Below, piece after piece: positions 29,732 to 43,055 of a stretch of 45,837 nucleotides of DNA. Made by a program: the position numbers and the translations under genes. The DNA lies in NCBI GenBank assembly GCA_964016885.1, contig CAXHJY010000764.1, forward strand, positions 1 through 45,837, written 5' to 3'. The notes under the pieces are model-generated. The model ran no database searches and was not told the origin of the DNA. It was given only the letters and a program-made list of their open reading frames with translations. How positions within the stretch are numbered: the stretch's first letter is position 1; the number at the start of each line of letters is the position of its first letter. This DNA comes from Eledone cirrhosa (taxonomy: Eukaryota).

Positions 29732-29900
29732 ACTGTATTAAGTTGAGAGTGGTGTGTCTAACTATTGTCAATATATTATTTAGAGGTTTCTTATTGTCAC
29801 ACACACATATTTACACACACAAACACTTATATATATACATACGTGTATGTGTGTACATATAAATACCCCCCCTCTCTCTATATATATACATGTGTGTGTT

Positions 29901-29933
<33 letters not shown>

Positions 29934-29968
29934 TGTTTATATATATATATAGAGAGAGAGAGAGTGTT

Positions 29969-30003
<35 letters not shown>

Positions 30004-30639
30004 GGGGTATTTATATGTGCACACACGCGTATGTATATATAGGTGTTTGTGTGTGTAAATATGTGTGTGTCTTTTGCATGAGAATGGATTCGAGATGGTG
30101 AAGCCTACATTATTGACTGTGAATGACTGGAAGAGGAAATGTAAGTAGTCGCCATTTTAACTCAGGATCACAAAGACCGATATAATTTAATACGGAAGAT
30201 AAAAGTTGATTATATCAACCCCAACATCTGACTGGTACTTTATTCTATAGATCCTGGATGTATGAAAGGCAACTTTAACCTCGGTGGGATTTGAGCACGT
30301 AATTTGATAAGTGAACGAATTCGTAGAATAATGGAAAATATGTAATATAGAATTAATTTTGGTCTTCTGAAATGTTGAATTCAAATTCCACTATGTTCAA
30401 TGTTCATCCTTCCGCGGTCGAAAAACCTGTCAATGCTGAGATCAATTTAATCGACTCTCTTTTCATTTTCCAGGTTTTGTTGCTTAAGTTAGAAAGTAGT
30501 ATTAGTACTAAAATTGACCTGACATTGCTCGATAGTGTGTGTAGTTCGGAGATTAGTGAGTCACTTCAGGTAGAGCCGATACTTCTCCGATATATACGGA
30601 CATATACTGATGTCTCACCGACATCCAGAGTTGACATTG

Positions 30640-30825
30640 CACTCAGTGCTCCTTTGGGAGCCCCTACATGGACACACTAGAAGAGGAAGACCAAGGTTAA
30701 CGTATGTTGATGCCCTAAGGACAGACACTGGTCTATTGGAGACGCAGGACATGGCAGCGATAATGAGGGACAGAGACCGCTGGAAAGAACTCGTCCATGG
30801 ATCTCGGGAATTTTACCCGCCTTAG
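30640..30825 (+). pseudogene. RTE-like LINE C-terminal fragment
   Basis: VLLWEPLHGHTRRGRPRLTYVDALRTDTG...MRDRDRWKELV, typical of RTE/RTEX ORF ends. Confidence 0.7.
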
Positions 30826-30984
30826 AATACTGATGTCTAAGGAAAGTATCGCTGGACAGATTTTGGGGGCAGAACCAACCGGTAAGAAATCAAAGGATAG
30901 ACCCCCTAGCAAGATGGTTAGATAAGGTCTGAGGACTCTGCACTCACGACTCTCACAAGAAGAAGAAGAACAAGTAGCAACCAA

Positions 30985-31525
30985 TGGCAAATTATTGTCA
31001 TGTATAGGACAGATCCGGCTATCGACCGAGTGGATAGTGAAGATCTCCCTGACATCTTCTTTTGGTCAGGAAGGACAAGCAGTCTTCCTCTGTCTGGTGA
31101 CTGTAGCGAAAGAGGTTGTGTGGTGGACGCGACGGAAAGGGCTGAAGACAGATGTATTCTTCTTGCGCAAAGCCCTCATCAACTTTTTCAATTTTCACTT
31201 GAATAGGAGGTTGAGGGTGGAGAGGGAAGTGATGCTTTCCTCTCACCAGTACATTTGTTAAAAGTTGGGTGAATGTAGCGAGGATAGCCTGAGTGAATGG
31301 GCCTACTCTGCGCATGCGTTCGGAGAGTTCCAGGATGGTGGTGAATATCTTTCTAAGTTACTCTTGGTGATTAGAGTGGTTTCGGATCAGTAGAGTTCCT
31401 AATCTAACCCTGGGTAATACACCCCCAGTTGAGGAATTATTTTGTTATTTATTTATTGTTGTTACATGTCTTCTTGTTTTGTGTAAGTCCCCACTCTCCC
31501 TGTTTCTTGCCATTCATGTCTCGGC
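30985..31525 (+). mobile_element. Tx1/L1-like LINE 3' fragment
   Basis: EGQAVFLCLVTVAKEVVWWTRRKG...ALINFFNFHLNRRLRVEREV, followed by the 3' UTR. Confidence 0.75.
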
Positions 31526-31556
31526 CCTAGTTACCAATAAAGTAGTATTATCATTA

Positions 31557-31928
31557 GGGGCGATAGATTGGCAGTATCGGTAGAGGGTTGGACGCCATGC
31601 TTTGCAACATATAGTTACGGCCCTTTACGGACTGAGTTCAAATCCCGCCGAGGTTAACGTTGCATTTCATCCTTGCGAAGTCGATAAAATAAAGTACCAG
31701 TAATACACTGGGATGATTACTAGCTTTGTGCCAAAAGTAGAAACAATTATCATTAGAGGCAGTGGATTAGCAGTAACGGTGGAGCGACGGACGACATGCT
31801 TTATGGCCCTATACATCCTGTGTTCAAATCCTGCCGAGGTTAGATTTGCCTGTCATCTTTACGGGGCCGAGAAAATAAAGCACTACCCTCCCCAAAATTG
31901 TTGGCCTTGTGCCTAAATCCGAAACCAA
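31557..31928 (+). mobile_element. Main-family SINE followed by an older related SINE
   Basis: 31557-31750 is a full copy; 31757-31928 is a diverged copy. Confidence 0.8.
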
Positions 31929-31944
31929 TATTTTTTTTTTTTTT

Positions 31945-32635
31945 TATCTAGCCACTCTTTTCGGGAGGACTTTCGGTTCAGGGCCAATGGATAATTTCCA
32001 GAAATCCCTGGCCTGGCAGTACAATCGGGGAGCTTTGCGAGTTCGAGATAAACTCTATAGGCATGGAAGTACTATCAGCCGAGCCTGTTCGAGGTGCGTG
32101 CAGAGCGACGAAACCGCCATTCCCGCACGCATCCAGTGTCCGAGCATTACTGACCAGCGGATTTACATTGAACACCTTTTGTCGCGTTTAACAACCAATC
32201 CGGCTATCAACTGAGTCTATTATGAAGATCGCTCGCCACCTTCCTTTAGTCAGGAAGGACAGGCTGTTTTTATCTGTCTGGTAGCCATAGCGGAAGAATG
32301 ATGGACACGTTTTAAAGGGATGAAGACCAGCAATTTCTTCTTCGGCGACACCCTGAATAATTTTTCAGGTTTTACCTGAAGAGAAAAATCAAGTTGGAGA
32401 AGGAAGTGCTGCTTTCCAGGCAGTTGTATGATGGGTGACACAGGCGAGCATGGCCCGAGTAAATGGACCTGCTCTGAGTGTACACCTGTAGTTTGGAGGA
32501 GGGCAACTGGGACTGGGTACTTACCTTAGAGATCAGGGCACCTGTAGTTTTATGGGGGTTTCTACAAGCAGCCCTCAACTGTCTAATCCCCATTGAGGAT
32601 TTTTTTTGTTTAATTTTTATTTTTACTTTTTTCAC
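31945..32635 (+). mobile_element. Tx1/L1-like LINE 3' fragment with zf-RVT-like region
   Basis: NFQKSLAWQYNRGALRVRDKL...CSRC...ET.....IQCP, followed by the same C-terminus as the other copies. Confidence 0.75.
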
Positions 32636-33046
32636 TATTGATAAATCTGTTTAAACACACACACACATTGACACACACAACCACACGCACACACACACTG
32701 ACACACACAAACACGCACACGTACACACACAATTACAATAACACACACACGCACACACACACACGTACACACGTACACACACACACACGCACACGCACAC
32801 GCACACGCACACGCACGCACACACACACGTACACACACTCACACACACGTACACACACTCACACACACGTACACACACACACGTACACACACACACACGT
32901 ACACACACACACACGTACGCACACACACACACGCACACACACGTACACACACACACACACACACACGTACACACACTCCTCCTGTGCAGTCCTAATGTTT
33001 TTTTCTTGACATGAATAAAGAAACTATTATTCTTATTAAAATTATT

Positions 33047-33208
33047 AAATCGACCTCAGTACATTACTCGTACTTTATTTTATCGACCCCGTTTCATCCT
33101 TTCGGGGTCGATAAAATAAAGTACCAGTAATGCACTGGTGTCAATTTAATTTACTTTACCCCTCTCCCCAAATTGCTGGCCTTGAGCTTAAATCAGAAAC
33201 AATTATTA
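33047..33208. mobile_element. Fold-back SINE fragment
   Basis: Arms 33058-33091 and 33103-33137 around the loop TTTCATCCTTT; the right arm continues to the SINE tail. Confidence 0.8.
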
Positions 33209-33418
33209 TTAATATTAATTCCAATACTAATTGTAGTTCTCATTATCATTTTTAATTCTTGTTTTCTTATTTCTATTTTTATCTTTGTTAGTTTTTTATT
33301 ATTTCAATTTTTAAGAAGCTTTGCAGATCTGTCTGTAAAATGTTATAATAATGATAATAATAATAATAACAACAACAACAATGAAAGCAACAACAACAAT
33401 AATAATAATAACACCAAC

Positions 33419-33451
<33 letters not shown>

Positions 33452-34675
33452 CCTGTTTCATTTTTGTTGTTTTTTAAAGTTATTTAGAGAAATATTTCTC
33501 TTTATCATTATTATTGTTGTTGTTGTTTTTGTTGTAGTAGTAGTAGTAGTTGTTTTAGTTGTTGTAGTTGTTGTTTTAGTTGTTGTCGTTGTAGTAGTAG
33601 TAGTTGTTGTTGTTAATTAGTTTTCAAAGTATTCCAGCAGCAATTATATTAAACAAACAATCGTGTTTAACGAAACAAACGAAACAACAACAAAACAACA
33701 ACAAAAACAAAACACAAACACCAAACTAGGAAAAAAAAAACTAGTAAAATAAAGGCGAAAGCAATAATAAAAGAATTGGTGAAATTACTTTGGTAATTAT
33801 ATCCCGTGTCAGTGATTACCTTGACAAAAACTGAGAGACGAAAAGGTCAAATTAATGTTGTATCCAATTGATTAGAAAACATCCATACTGATCAGCCATT
33901 GATTATTTCATCTCTGTCACGTGACGAACATACATTCTCTTCTTATCCCTCGTATTCCTAAGACTTCCTGTAGTTTGTTAGTGGTGGTGTTGGTGTTGGT
34001 GTTGGTGGTTGGATGGTGGTGGTGTTGGTGTTGGTGTTGGTGGTGTTGGTCGTGTCGTTGATGGTGTTGGTGGTGTTGTTGTTGGTGGTGGTGGTGGTGG
34101 TGTTGATGGTGTTGTTGGTGTTGTTGGTGATGGTGTTGGTGATGGTGTTGGTGGTGGTGGTGGTGGTGTTGGTGGTGTTGGTGTTGGTGGTGGTGTTGGT
34201 GGTGTTGGTGATGTTGGTAGTGGTGGTGGTGATGTTTTTTCTTGCTGCTTAACGAGCTATTACTTTGGTTGTCGTTGTTGTTGTAGTGGTTGTTGTTGCT
34301 TTATGATGGTATCAGTAATACACTGGTGTTCATATGTATATTCTCTCACTTATAACGTGTCGCCTTCTTCCTAAACTACAAAGTAATACTATAACTGAGC
34401 ATACAATTGTGGTTTTCATTAAGTGTGTATATGTATACATAACTGTATATACATATATGTATGTATAATTGTATGTATATATCTATCTATATATATATAT
34501 ACATGTGTGTGTATATATATGCTTGCGTGTGTAAATTACAACCTCGAAGGTTTAATGAAGGTAAACGATTCCAAATTGAAATGTATGAATGTCCATAAGT
34601 GACAAAATATCCGAATATTACATATATATATACATGCATACATATATATATACATATATATAGAGAGAGAGAGAT

Positions 34676-34877
34676 AGGAAAACGTATGACCCCGACGGCA
34701 GAGCTCAAGCCGTTTCGACGGCTATTTCTGGACTCTGAGTCCAGAAATAACCGTCGAAACGGCTTGAGCTCTGCCGTCGGGGTCATACTTTTTCCTTTTT
34801 TCCCACTCTGCTACCCTAAGTATTGAGTACTCTGGTGCGTTATGGTCCATCTGGTTCCTTACCACAATTCCTTCGTT
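34676..34877 (+). mobile_element. Hairpin element (family I) copy 1: palindrome centred on HHR stem II
   Basis: Near-perfect palindrome 34676-34796 centred at 34736; right arm GAAA-CGGC ttgagctct GCCG-TC-GGGGTCA; ~80-bp unique tail running into (TA)n; homologous to 45277-45476. Confidence 0.85.
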
Positions 34878-35299
34878 ATATATAGAGATAGATAGATATG
34901 CGTGTGTGGGTGTGTATGCGAATGTGTATATAAATGTATCTGTATGTATATGTGTATATGCATGTATATATATATATATATATATAATATATATATATAT
35001 AATATATATATATATGGAAAAGAATCACATGTCTGTTGAAAGAGTGGTGGGGCAATTACCAGCTCAAAGATGCATTATGGGAAATATATATATTTAATTA
35101 GGCTTCATGTTCGGATTTTCTAACACATAGTCATACACTGACACATATGTATATACACATTCACATGTATATATATATACACTGACACATATGTATGTAC
35201 ACATTCACATGTATATATATATACATACATATACACACACATACGTACATATATATATATATATATACACTGACACATATGTATATACACATTCACATG

Positions 35300-35335
<36 letters not shown>

Positions 35336-35398
35336 CACTGACATATGTATGTACACATTCACATGTATATATATATACATACATATACACACTCATAC

Positions 35399-35436
<38 letters not shown>

Positions 35437-36183
35437 GCTGACATGTATATATATACACTCACACATACATATATACATATACGTACTACATATATACATA
35501 TACAAATTCACACGTACATACATATGCTTATACATACGCATACATAGATACATACATATATACATACTCGCACATACATATACACTGTATACACTGCATA
35601 CATACATACAAACACATACATACATACACGTATATAAACGCGTACTTATATATACATACGCACGTGCATACACACGCATACACACATATGTATATACACA
35701 TTAACATATAGAGACACACACATGTATATACACAATAACATATATACACACATGCATATACACACACAGGTATATACACATGCACATATATACGCACACA
35801 CGTATATACACACACACAAGTATATTCACACACACATATATACACACACATGTATATACATACACACACAAGTATATACACACACATATATACACACACA
35901 TGTATATATACATATACACACATGTACATTCACACACAAATATATATACACACACATATATACACACATGTATGTACAAACATATAATTCTATTATGTCA
36001 TTTATATCTAAAATGGCTGCCACTTTGAAATGCCAGGTTTCTAGTTGTTACCACAAGTATGTAAAGACATGTATATATATATATATATATAAAGACATGT
36101 ATATATATATATATATATATGTGTGTGTATATATATATATATATGTGTGTATATATATATATATATGTGTGTATATATATATA

Positions 36184-36224
<41 letters not shown>

Positions 36225-36275
36225 ATATATATATATATATGTGTGTATATATATATATATGTATATATATATATG

Positions 36276-36354
<79 letters not shown>

Positions 36355-37000
36355 GTATATATATGTGTGTGTGTGTGTGTGTAAATATATATATGTATAT
36401 ATATATATGTAAATTTTATATATATATATGTGTGTGTATATATATATATATGTGTTTGTGTGTGTATATATACATGCAGAAACAACACATAGACACACAT
36501 TAATGCATAAATAACACATGATTGAAGATGTTCACACATATATATGAGTGTGTATGTGTGAGTTTATGTGAATGTACGTGTGTGTGTATGTGTGTTTGTG
36601 TCTGTGCGTGCGTGTGTGTATGTGCGCATTATGTGTGTGTGGATGTGGATGTATGTATATGCGTGTGTATGTATGTGTGTGTGTGTGTGTGCATGTATAT
36701 ATGTATGTATATATGTGTGCGTGTACAATAACACCCTAGTGTTATGTAAAGGAGCCTGATTGGTATGTAGTGAGAAACCCCCCCCCCCCTCATCACCACC
36801 ACCACCATGGTCAAACATTCTAACAATAAAGCTAAGAATTCAAACTGATTTATTTCGTACACGACATGGGGATGGTTGTATCATGCGCATGCGTGACACA
36901 GACTTCACAGGCGAAGAAGATCTCATTAGATAAAGGAGAAAGGCATGATGAACAAGATTTTTCATTACCTATAAGAAGATAGAATAAGAATTTCAATAAT

Positions 37001-37589
37001 AATTGTTTCTACTTTAGGCACAAGGCCAGCAATTATCCAGTGTATTACTGGTACTTTATTTTATCGACCCCGTAAGGATAAAAGGCAAAGTTTACCTCGG
37101 CGGGATTTGAACTCACAATGGCTAGGGCCGTAACTCTATGCGTCAAAGCATGGCGTCCCACCCTCTATCGAGGGTTTACATAATTTTAATAATTGTTTCT
37201 ATTTTAGGCACAAGGCCACCAAATACCCAGTACATTACTGGTACTTTATTTTATCGACCCCGTAAGGATGAAAGGCAAAGTTAACCTCGGCGGGATTTGA
37301 ACTCAGAATGGCAAGGGCCGTAACTCTATGCTTCAAAGCATGGCGCCCGACCCTCTACCAATACTGCCAATCCACCGCCCTATTGATAATAATAATAATA
37401 ATAATAATTGTTTCTACTTTAGGCCCAAGGCCAGCAATCACCCAGTGCATTACTGGTACTTTATTTTATCGACCCCGTAAGGATGAAAGGCAAAGTCAAC
37501 CTCGGCGGGATTTGAACTCAGATCGTAAAGGGACGTAACTATGCTGGAAAGCATGGCGTCCGACCCTCTACCGATACTGCCAATCCACC
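37001..37589 (-). mobile_element. Three tandem main-family SINEs
   Basis: Copies at ~37001-37150, 37191-37380 and 37406-37589; a further 3' fragment at 37830-37901. Confidence 0.9.
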
Positions 37590-37971
37590 ATAGACTGGTA
37601 CTGCACACATATTGAGAAGAGCACTATCTCTGTAAGATTGATATCCCTCCTTGTATTTACATATGCATATGCACATGAGTATATATGTATACTGTTTTAT
37701 TTTTCGTTTTGTTTTTCGTTTTTTAAAAATTATAATCAATGTGCTGCATTAACTGGCTTACCAATGCACACTGTGAATTTATTTGTTCTAGCTGTCGGGA
37801 AGACACTCGGCATATATCTCAGAAACAATAATTGTTTCTACGTTTGGCACAAGGCCAGCAAATACCCAGTACATTACTGGTACTTTATTTTATCGACCCC
37901 GAAGAAAAATAAGAACAATCATAATAATAATAATAATGATTTTAATAAGGATGATAATAATAATAATAATT

Positions 37972-39630
37972 TTGGGAGGCGTGAAGATCAAGAGAGGTAT
38001 CTTCCAGGGAGATAGTCTGTCCCCTCTGTTGTTTGTCCTTGCCCTGATGCCCCTGACCATTATACTGCGAAAAGTGAGAGCAGGATACAAGTTGGGAAAG
38101 GGAGAGCTTACCATCAATCACCTCCTCTTCATGGACGATCTTAAGCTCTTCGGGAAGAGTGAGAATGAGTTGCATGTGCTTGTTGACACTGTCCGTATTT
38201 TCAGCAATGATATATGTATGCAATTTGGTATTAGTAAGTGTGGAGTCCTTGTGATGAAGAGGGGTAAATTGAGCAGAAGCAACGGAATCCAGGTACCAAC
38301 AGGTGAGATGATAAAGGAAATTGACACTGAAGAGGGATAAAAGTATTTGGGTGTTCTGGAGGCTGATGACATCAAGAACAAAAAAATGAAGGAATTGATA
38401 AGATCTGAATACATTCGGAGAGTAAGGAGCGTATTAAAGTCACATCTGAACAGTAGGAATGCCATAAGTGCAGTAAATTCCCGAGCTGTGTCTATTATTA
38501 GGTACAGTGCGGGGATTCTGAGATGGAATGTTGCTGAACAAAAAGAAATGGATAGGAAGACTAGGAAGCTATTGACTATCTACAACATGTTCCACAAGAG
38601 GAGTGATGTCGATAGACTCTACTTAAGGAGATCTGAAGGTGGAAGAGGTCTTATCAGCATAGAGGACTGTGTTCAGATGGAGAAAAACAACCTACACAAA
38701 TACGTGACTGATAGTAAGGAGCCAATGCTCAGAATTGTACTGAAGGAGAGGACAATAGACCAGGGGATGTCCAAGGAGGAAATAACAACAAGGAGAAAGA
38801 GCAGCCTTCATGAAAATCCCTTCATAGTACCTTCTTTGAGAAAACTGAATTCAGAGATCCACAGATATGGAACTGGTTGAAAAGAGGAGACCTTAAAAAG
38901 GCTACAGAAGGAATGCTAATGGCTGCGCAAGAGCAGGCCCTCAAAACGAAGTGGTTGAAACACCATATTTACAAGGAGGAGGCTAGCCCACTGTGCAGGA
39001 TCTGTGGAGAGAGAGAGGAGACTGTGGCTCACATTGTATCCGAGTGTAAACACCTAGCCCAGACTCACTATAAATGCTGGAGACATGATGTGATGGGCAG
39101 GGTGATCCACTGGCACCTATGCAAAGTAAACAATTTACCACATTCTGAGAAGTGGTATGAGCATAAGCCAGAGTCGGTGATAGAAAACGATCAGGTGAAG
39201 GTGCTGTGGGATTTTAGGATACAGACGGACAAGAACCTGGAACACAATAGACCTGACCTGGTGGTTTTCGACAAGGAAAAACGATCGTGCCTGATTGTGG
39301 ATGTGGCCTGCCCATTCGACACGAGAGTGCAAGAGAAGGAGGGAGAAAATTAACCGATACCAGGGCTTAAAGTGGGAGGTAAAAAGGATTTGGAACTGCC
39401 ATGAAGTCAAAGTGGTCCCGATTGTCATAGGCGCACTAGGTACTATCTCAAAAAGTTTCCAGGGATGGTTAAATAAAATTGGCCCCGCCACGCTTTTTGG
39501 AACGCTTCAAAAGGCATGCTTGCTGGGAACAGCAAGAACCCTCCGATACGTCCTGAATATCTGAGGCTGCAGGTAGTGGCTTGATATTCATTTCCAGTTA
39601 AATAACATCAATGACTGAGACTCAAAGAAC
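37972..39630 (+). mobile_element. 5'-truncated Dong/R4-clade RLE non-LTR retrotransposon in (TAA)n
   Basis: RT motifs GIFQGDSLSP and HLLFMDDLKL; CCHC knuckle CRICGEREETVAHIVSEC; RHD; REL motif RPDLVV...IVDVACP; ends at TGA 39564. One stop (38338-38340) and two frameshifts (~38815, ~39348). (AAT)n on both sides. Confidence 0.92.
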
Positions 39631-39677
39631 AATAATAATAATTTTAATAATGATTATGATGATAATAATAATAATGA

Positions 39678-40108
39678 TTTCATTTATTAGCCACAAGGGC
39701 CGACATGTACAAGGGGGACAATACAAAGACAGGGACAGTGGGGGTTTACAATAAGGTCGAGTAAAAGTGCACAATGGCAAGACTAATTTAACAATGAAGA
39801 TATAAAAAATATAAAATAAACTATGCATAAATATAACAAAATAAATTCCCCGATAGGGGTGGACGACCCTGGGGTGACTCAGGTACCACACCAATCCTGA
39901 ACCCTCCTGCGCTTCTAGGGCACCCAGGAAGAGCACCCTTCTCCTCAAATTAGCTAGCCTATAGGCAGGCGCATGGTCAGAGTAGGCCCATTCACACGGG
40001 CCATTTTCGCCACATTCATCCACCTTTTAGCAAATGTACTGGGGGGCAGCACTTCTCTCTCCACCCTCACCTTCCTTTCCAGGTGAAACTTGAAGAAGTT
40101 GATGAGGG
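39678..40108 (-). mobile_element. Tx1/L1-like LINE 3' end (minus)
   Basis: Minus strand LINFFKFHLERKVRVEREV...NVAKMARVNGP, with the 3' UTR ending CCCTTGTGGCTAATAAATGAAA. Confidence 0.75.
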
Positions 40109-40114
40109 ATTACC

Positions 40115-40350
40115 TCTTCGGTGATGCCCTGATCAACTTTTTCAAATTTCATTTGAAAAGGAAAATCAGGCCCTCGGAAGTTTCCTCATTATTGGGGAAT
40201 TTTTCATTGTTCTTTTTTTTTTTTTTTTTATTACATCCTCTGTTTTTTTTGTTTTTTTTACACGCAGAAATGCCCATTTGTACCGTCCTGTATTGTCCCG
40301 TACTGTTCTTAATGTCTACTTTGTGTAAACCCTTGTGGTTAATAAAGAAA
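40115..40350 (+). mobile_element. Tx1/L1-like LINE 3' end (plus, internally deleted)
   Basis: GDALINFFKFHLKRKIR, then a jump to the 3' UTR ending CCCTTGTGGTTAATAAAGAAA. Confidence 0.7.
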
Positions 40351-40371
40351 GCATTATTATTATTATTATTA

Positions 40372-40558
40372 GGGCGGTGGATTGGCAGTATTGGTAGAGG
40401 GTCGGATGCCATGCTTTGACGCATAGAGTTACAGCCCTTGCCATTCTGAGTTCAAATCCCGCCGAGGTTAACTTTGCCTTTCATCCTTACGGGGTCGATA
40501 AAATAAAGTACCAGTAATACACTGGGTGATTGCTGGCCTTGTGCCTAACGTAGAAACA

Positions 40559-40562
<4 letters not shown>
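40372..40562 (+). mobile_element. Full-length main-family tRNA-derived SINE
   Basis: GGGCGGTGGATTGGCAGTATTGGTAGAG (A box), GAGTTCAAATCC (B box), conserved core and (ATT)n tail. Confidence 0.92.
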
Positions 40563-40599
<37 letters not shown>

Positions 40600-40651
40600 G
40601 GATGAAAGGCAAAGGTTAACTTTGCTTTCATTATGGTACATAATATCACGC

Positions 40652-40708
<57 letters not shown>

Positions 40709-40879
40709 TACACACACACACACACACGCGCACACGCACATATATGAATACCTGTGCCGCGCATGTGTGTTGCAAACACATACATACATACATACATACA
40801 GAGATATAGATATAGATATATTATATTTTATTTGCAGGGATATCTATATGTATTTATATAAAATACATACACACACATG

Positions 40880-40998
<119 letters not shown>

Positions 40999-41669
40999 AT
41001 ATATATATACGAAGGCGTGTAGCTATAAATGTAGATTAAATTACGAAAGGATAATTTTATAAATATCGTTGGGTAAGATTAGAGTGTAGCCTGGCTTTTT
41101 ACTTGGTACTCCATAGCAGAGGCAGAGTCCTCTTATACAGGGAGAGTCCACTTAGAGAAGCTGCTTCTTTCACTAATCACTTTTTAACAACTTCAAATAA
41201 ATAGCAATATGTCAAGATGTTTGATTATTTCAAGATATGGAAGATCTTCAGCGCAATTGATTATTTGAGGTGTGAAAGATTTACGTTAATAAGTATGTAT
41301 GTGTGTGCAAAACCGTCTTGCTAGGTAGGCAGTAACCTATATATCTCTCTCTCTCTCTCTTTCTCTCTCTTTCTTTCTTTCTCTCTCTCTCTCTCTCTCT
41401 ATACATACATACATACATACATACATACATACATACGTATGCATGGAATTATATGTGGGCATATATAGCTGTATGTATATATGTTGATATAGACATATAT
41501 ATATGCATACACTCATATATATATATATACACACACATATATATATATATATATAGATATATATATATATATACATACGTATGCATGAAATTATATGTGG
41601 GCATATATAGCTGTATGTATATATGTTGATATAGACATGCTGTATGCATATATATATATGCATACACTC

Positions 41670-41824
<155 letters not shown>

Positions 41825-41997
41825 TGTTTACGTTTTAATGGCTACTTGACACATGCAGAAAAAACACTTATGTACTCAGAAATACACGCTTTCTCATTAT
41901 TAATAGACCAAAGTGCCACATATAGAATATATGAAGCTCTTGTAGCCCACGCACACACACCATAGTATATACACACACACATACAGCTGTACACTAA

Positions 41998-42030
<33 letters not shown>

Positions 42031-42106
42031 ATAGAACATACACACACGTGGCACGAAGATCATCAATTAATAACTGATTCAACTATCCCTCTCAGTATGT
42101 ACACAC

Positions 42107-42171
<65 letters not shown>

Positions 42172-42334
42172 ATCATCTAATTTATATTATCGATCACTTG
42201 TGTGATGCAATATAAGTATATGTATTTCTGCGTATATTTATATGTATGTATTTATAAATGTATGTATGTATAAATTTGTGCATCTGTGTATGTATGTATG
42301 TATGCATGTTTGTTATCGAAATATATATATATAA

Positions 42335-42376
<42 letters not shown>

Positions 42377-42519
42377 ATTTTTCACCTATGAAAAATCTAA
42401 TCAAATTTCTGTGATATTAAACGAAACGTAGTTTAAAAGAAAGTTTATTCTGTGTAACTGAACGGTTGAGACTTGAACAGTTTCGATACTTGACTAGATT
42501 TGACCATAGGGTAATCACC

Positions 42520-42520
42520 T

Positions 42521-42551
<31 letters not shown>

Positions 42552-42972
42552 GTAACAGTAACAACAACAGTAACACCAACCACTGTAACAACAACAGCAA
42601 TAACAATAAGAATAGTAACAACACCAGTAACAAACAACAACAGTAACAACACCAGGCACAACAGTAACAACAACAGTAACAACAACAGTAACAACAACAG
42701 TAACATCAACAGTAACAACAACAACAGTAACAACAACAGTAACAACATAAACAGTAACAACACCAGGCACAACAGTAACAACAACAACAGTAACAACAAC
42801 TAACAACAACAGTAACAACATAAACCGTAACAACAGCAACAACACCAGTAACAACAGTAACAACAAAACCAACAACAGTAACAACAAAACCAACAACAGT
42901 AACAACAACAGTAACACCAACACCAACAACAGTAACAACATAAACAGTAACAACAGTAACAACAGCTACAAC
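42520..42972. repeat. (AAC)n/(AGTAAC) compound repeat
   Basis: Direct reading. Confidence 0.9.
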
Positions 42973-43055
42973 AATTCCATTAAATAAAGTAGTGAGCAGT
43001 GTTAACGTTTTCATAATTTTCAAAATACAAAATGGCGACATTATTAATCTGTGAA

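Noticed and set aside
40372-40460. tRNA gene
   Set aside because: The A and B boxes belong to a multi-copy SINE head; no full cloverleaf.
41225-41255. Minus-strand CTGAAGA...GAAA
   Set aside because: No stem II independent of the core and no stem III.
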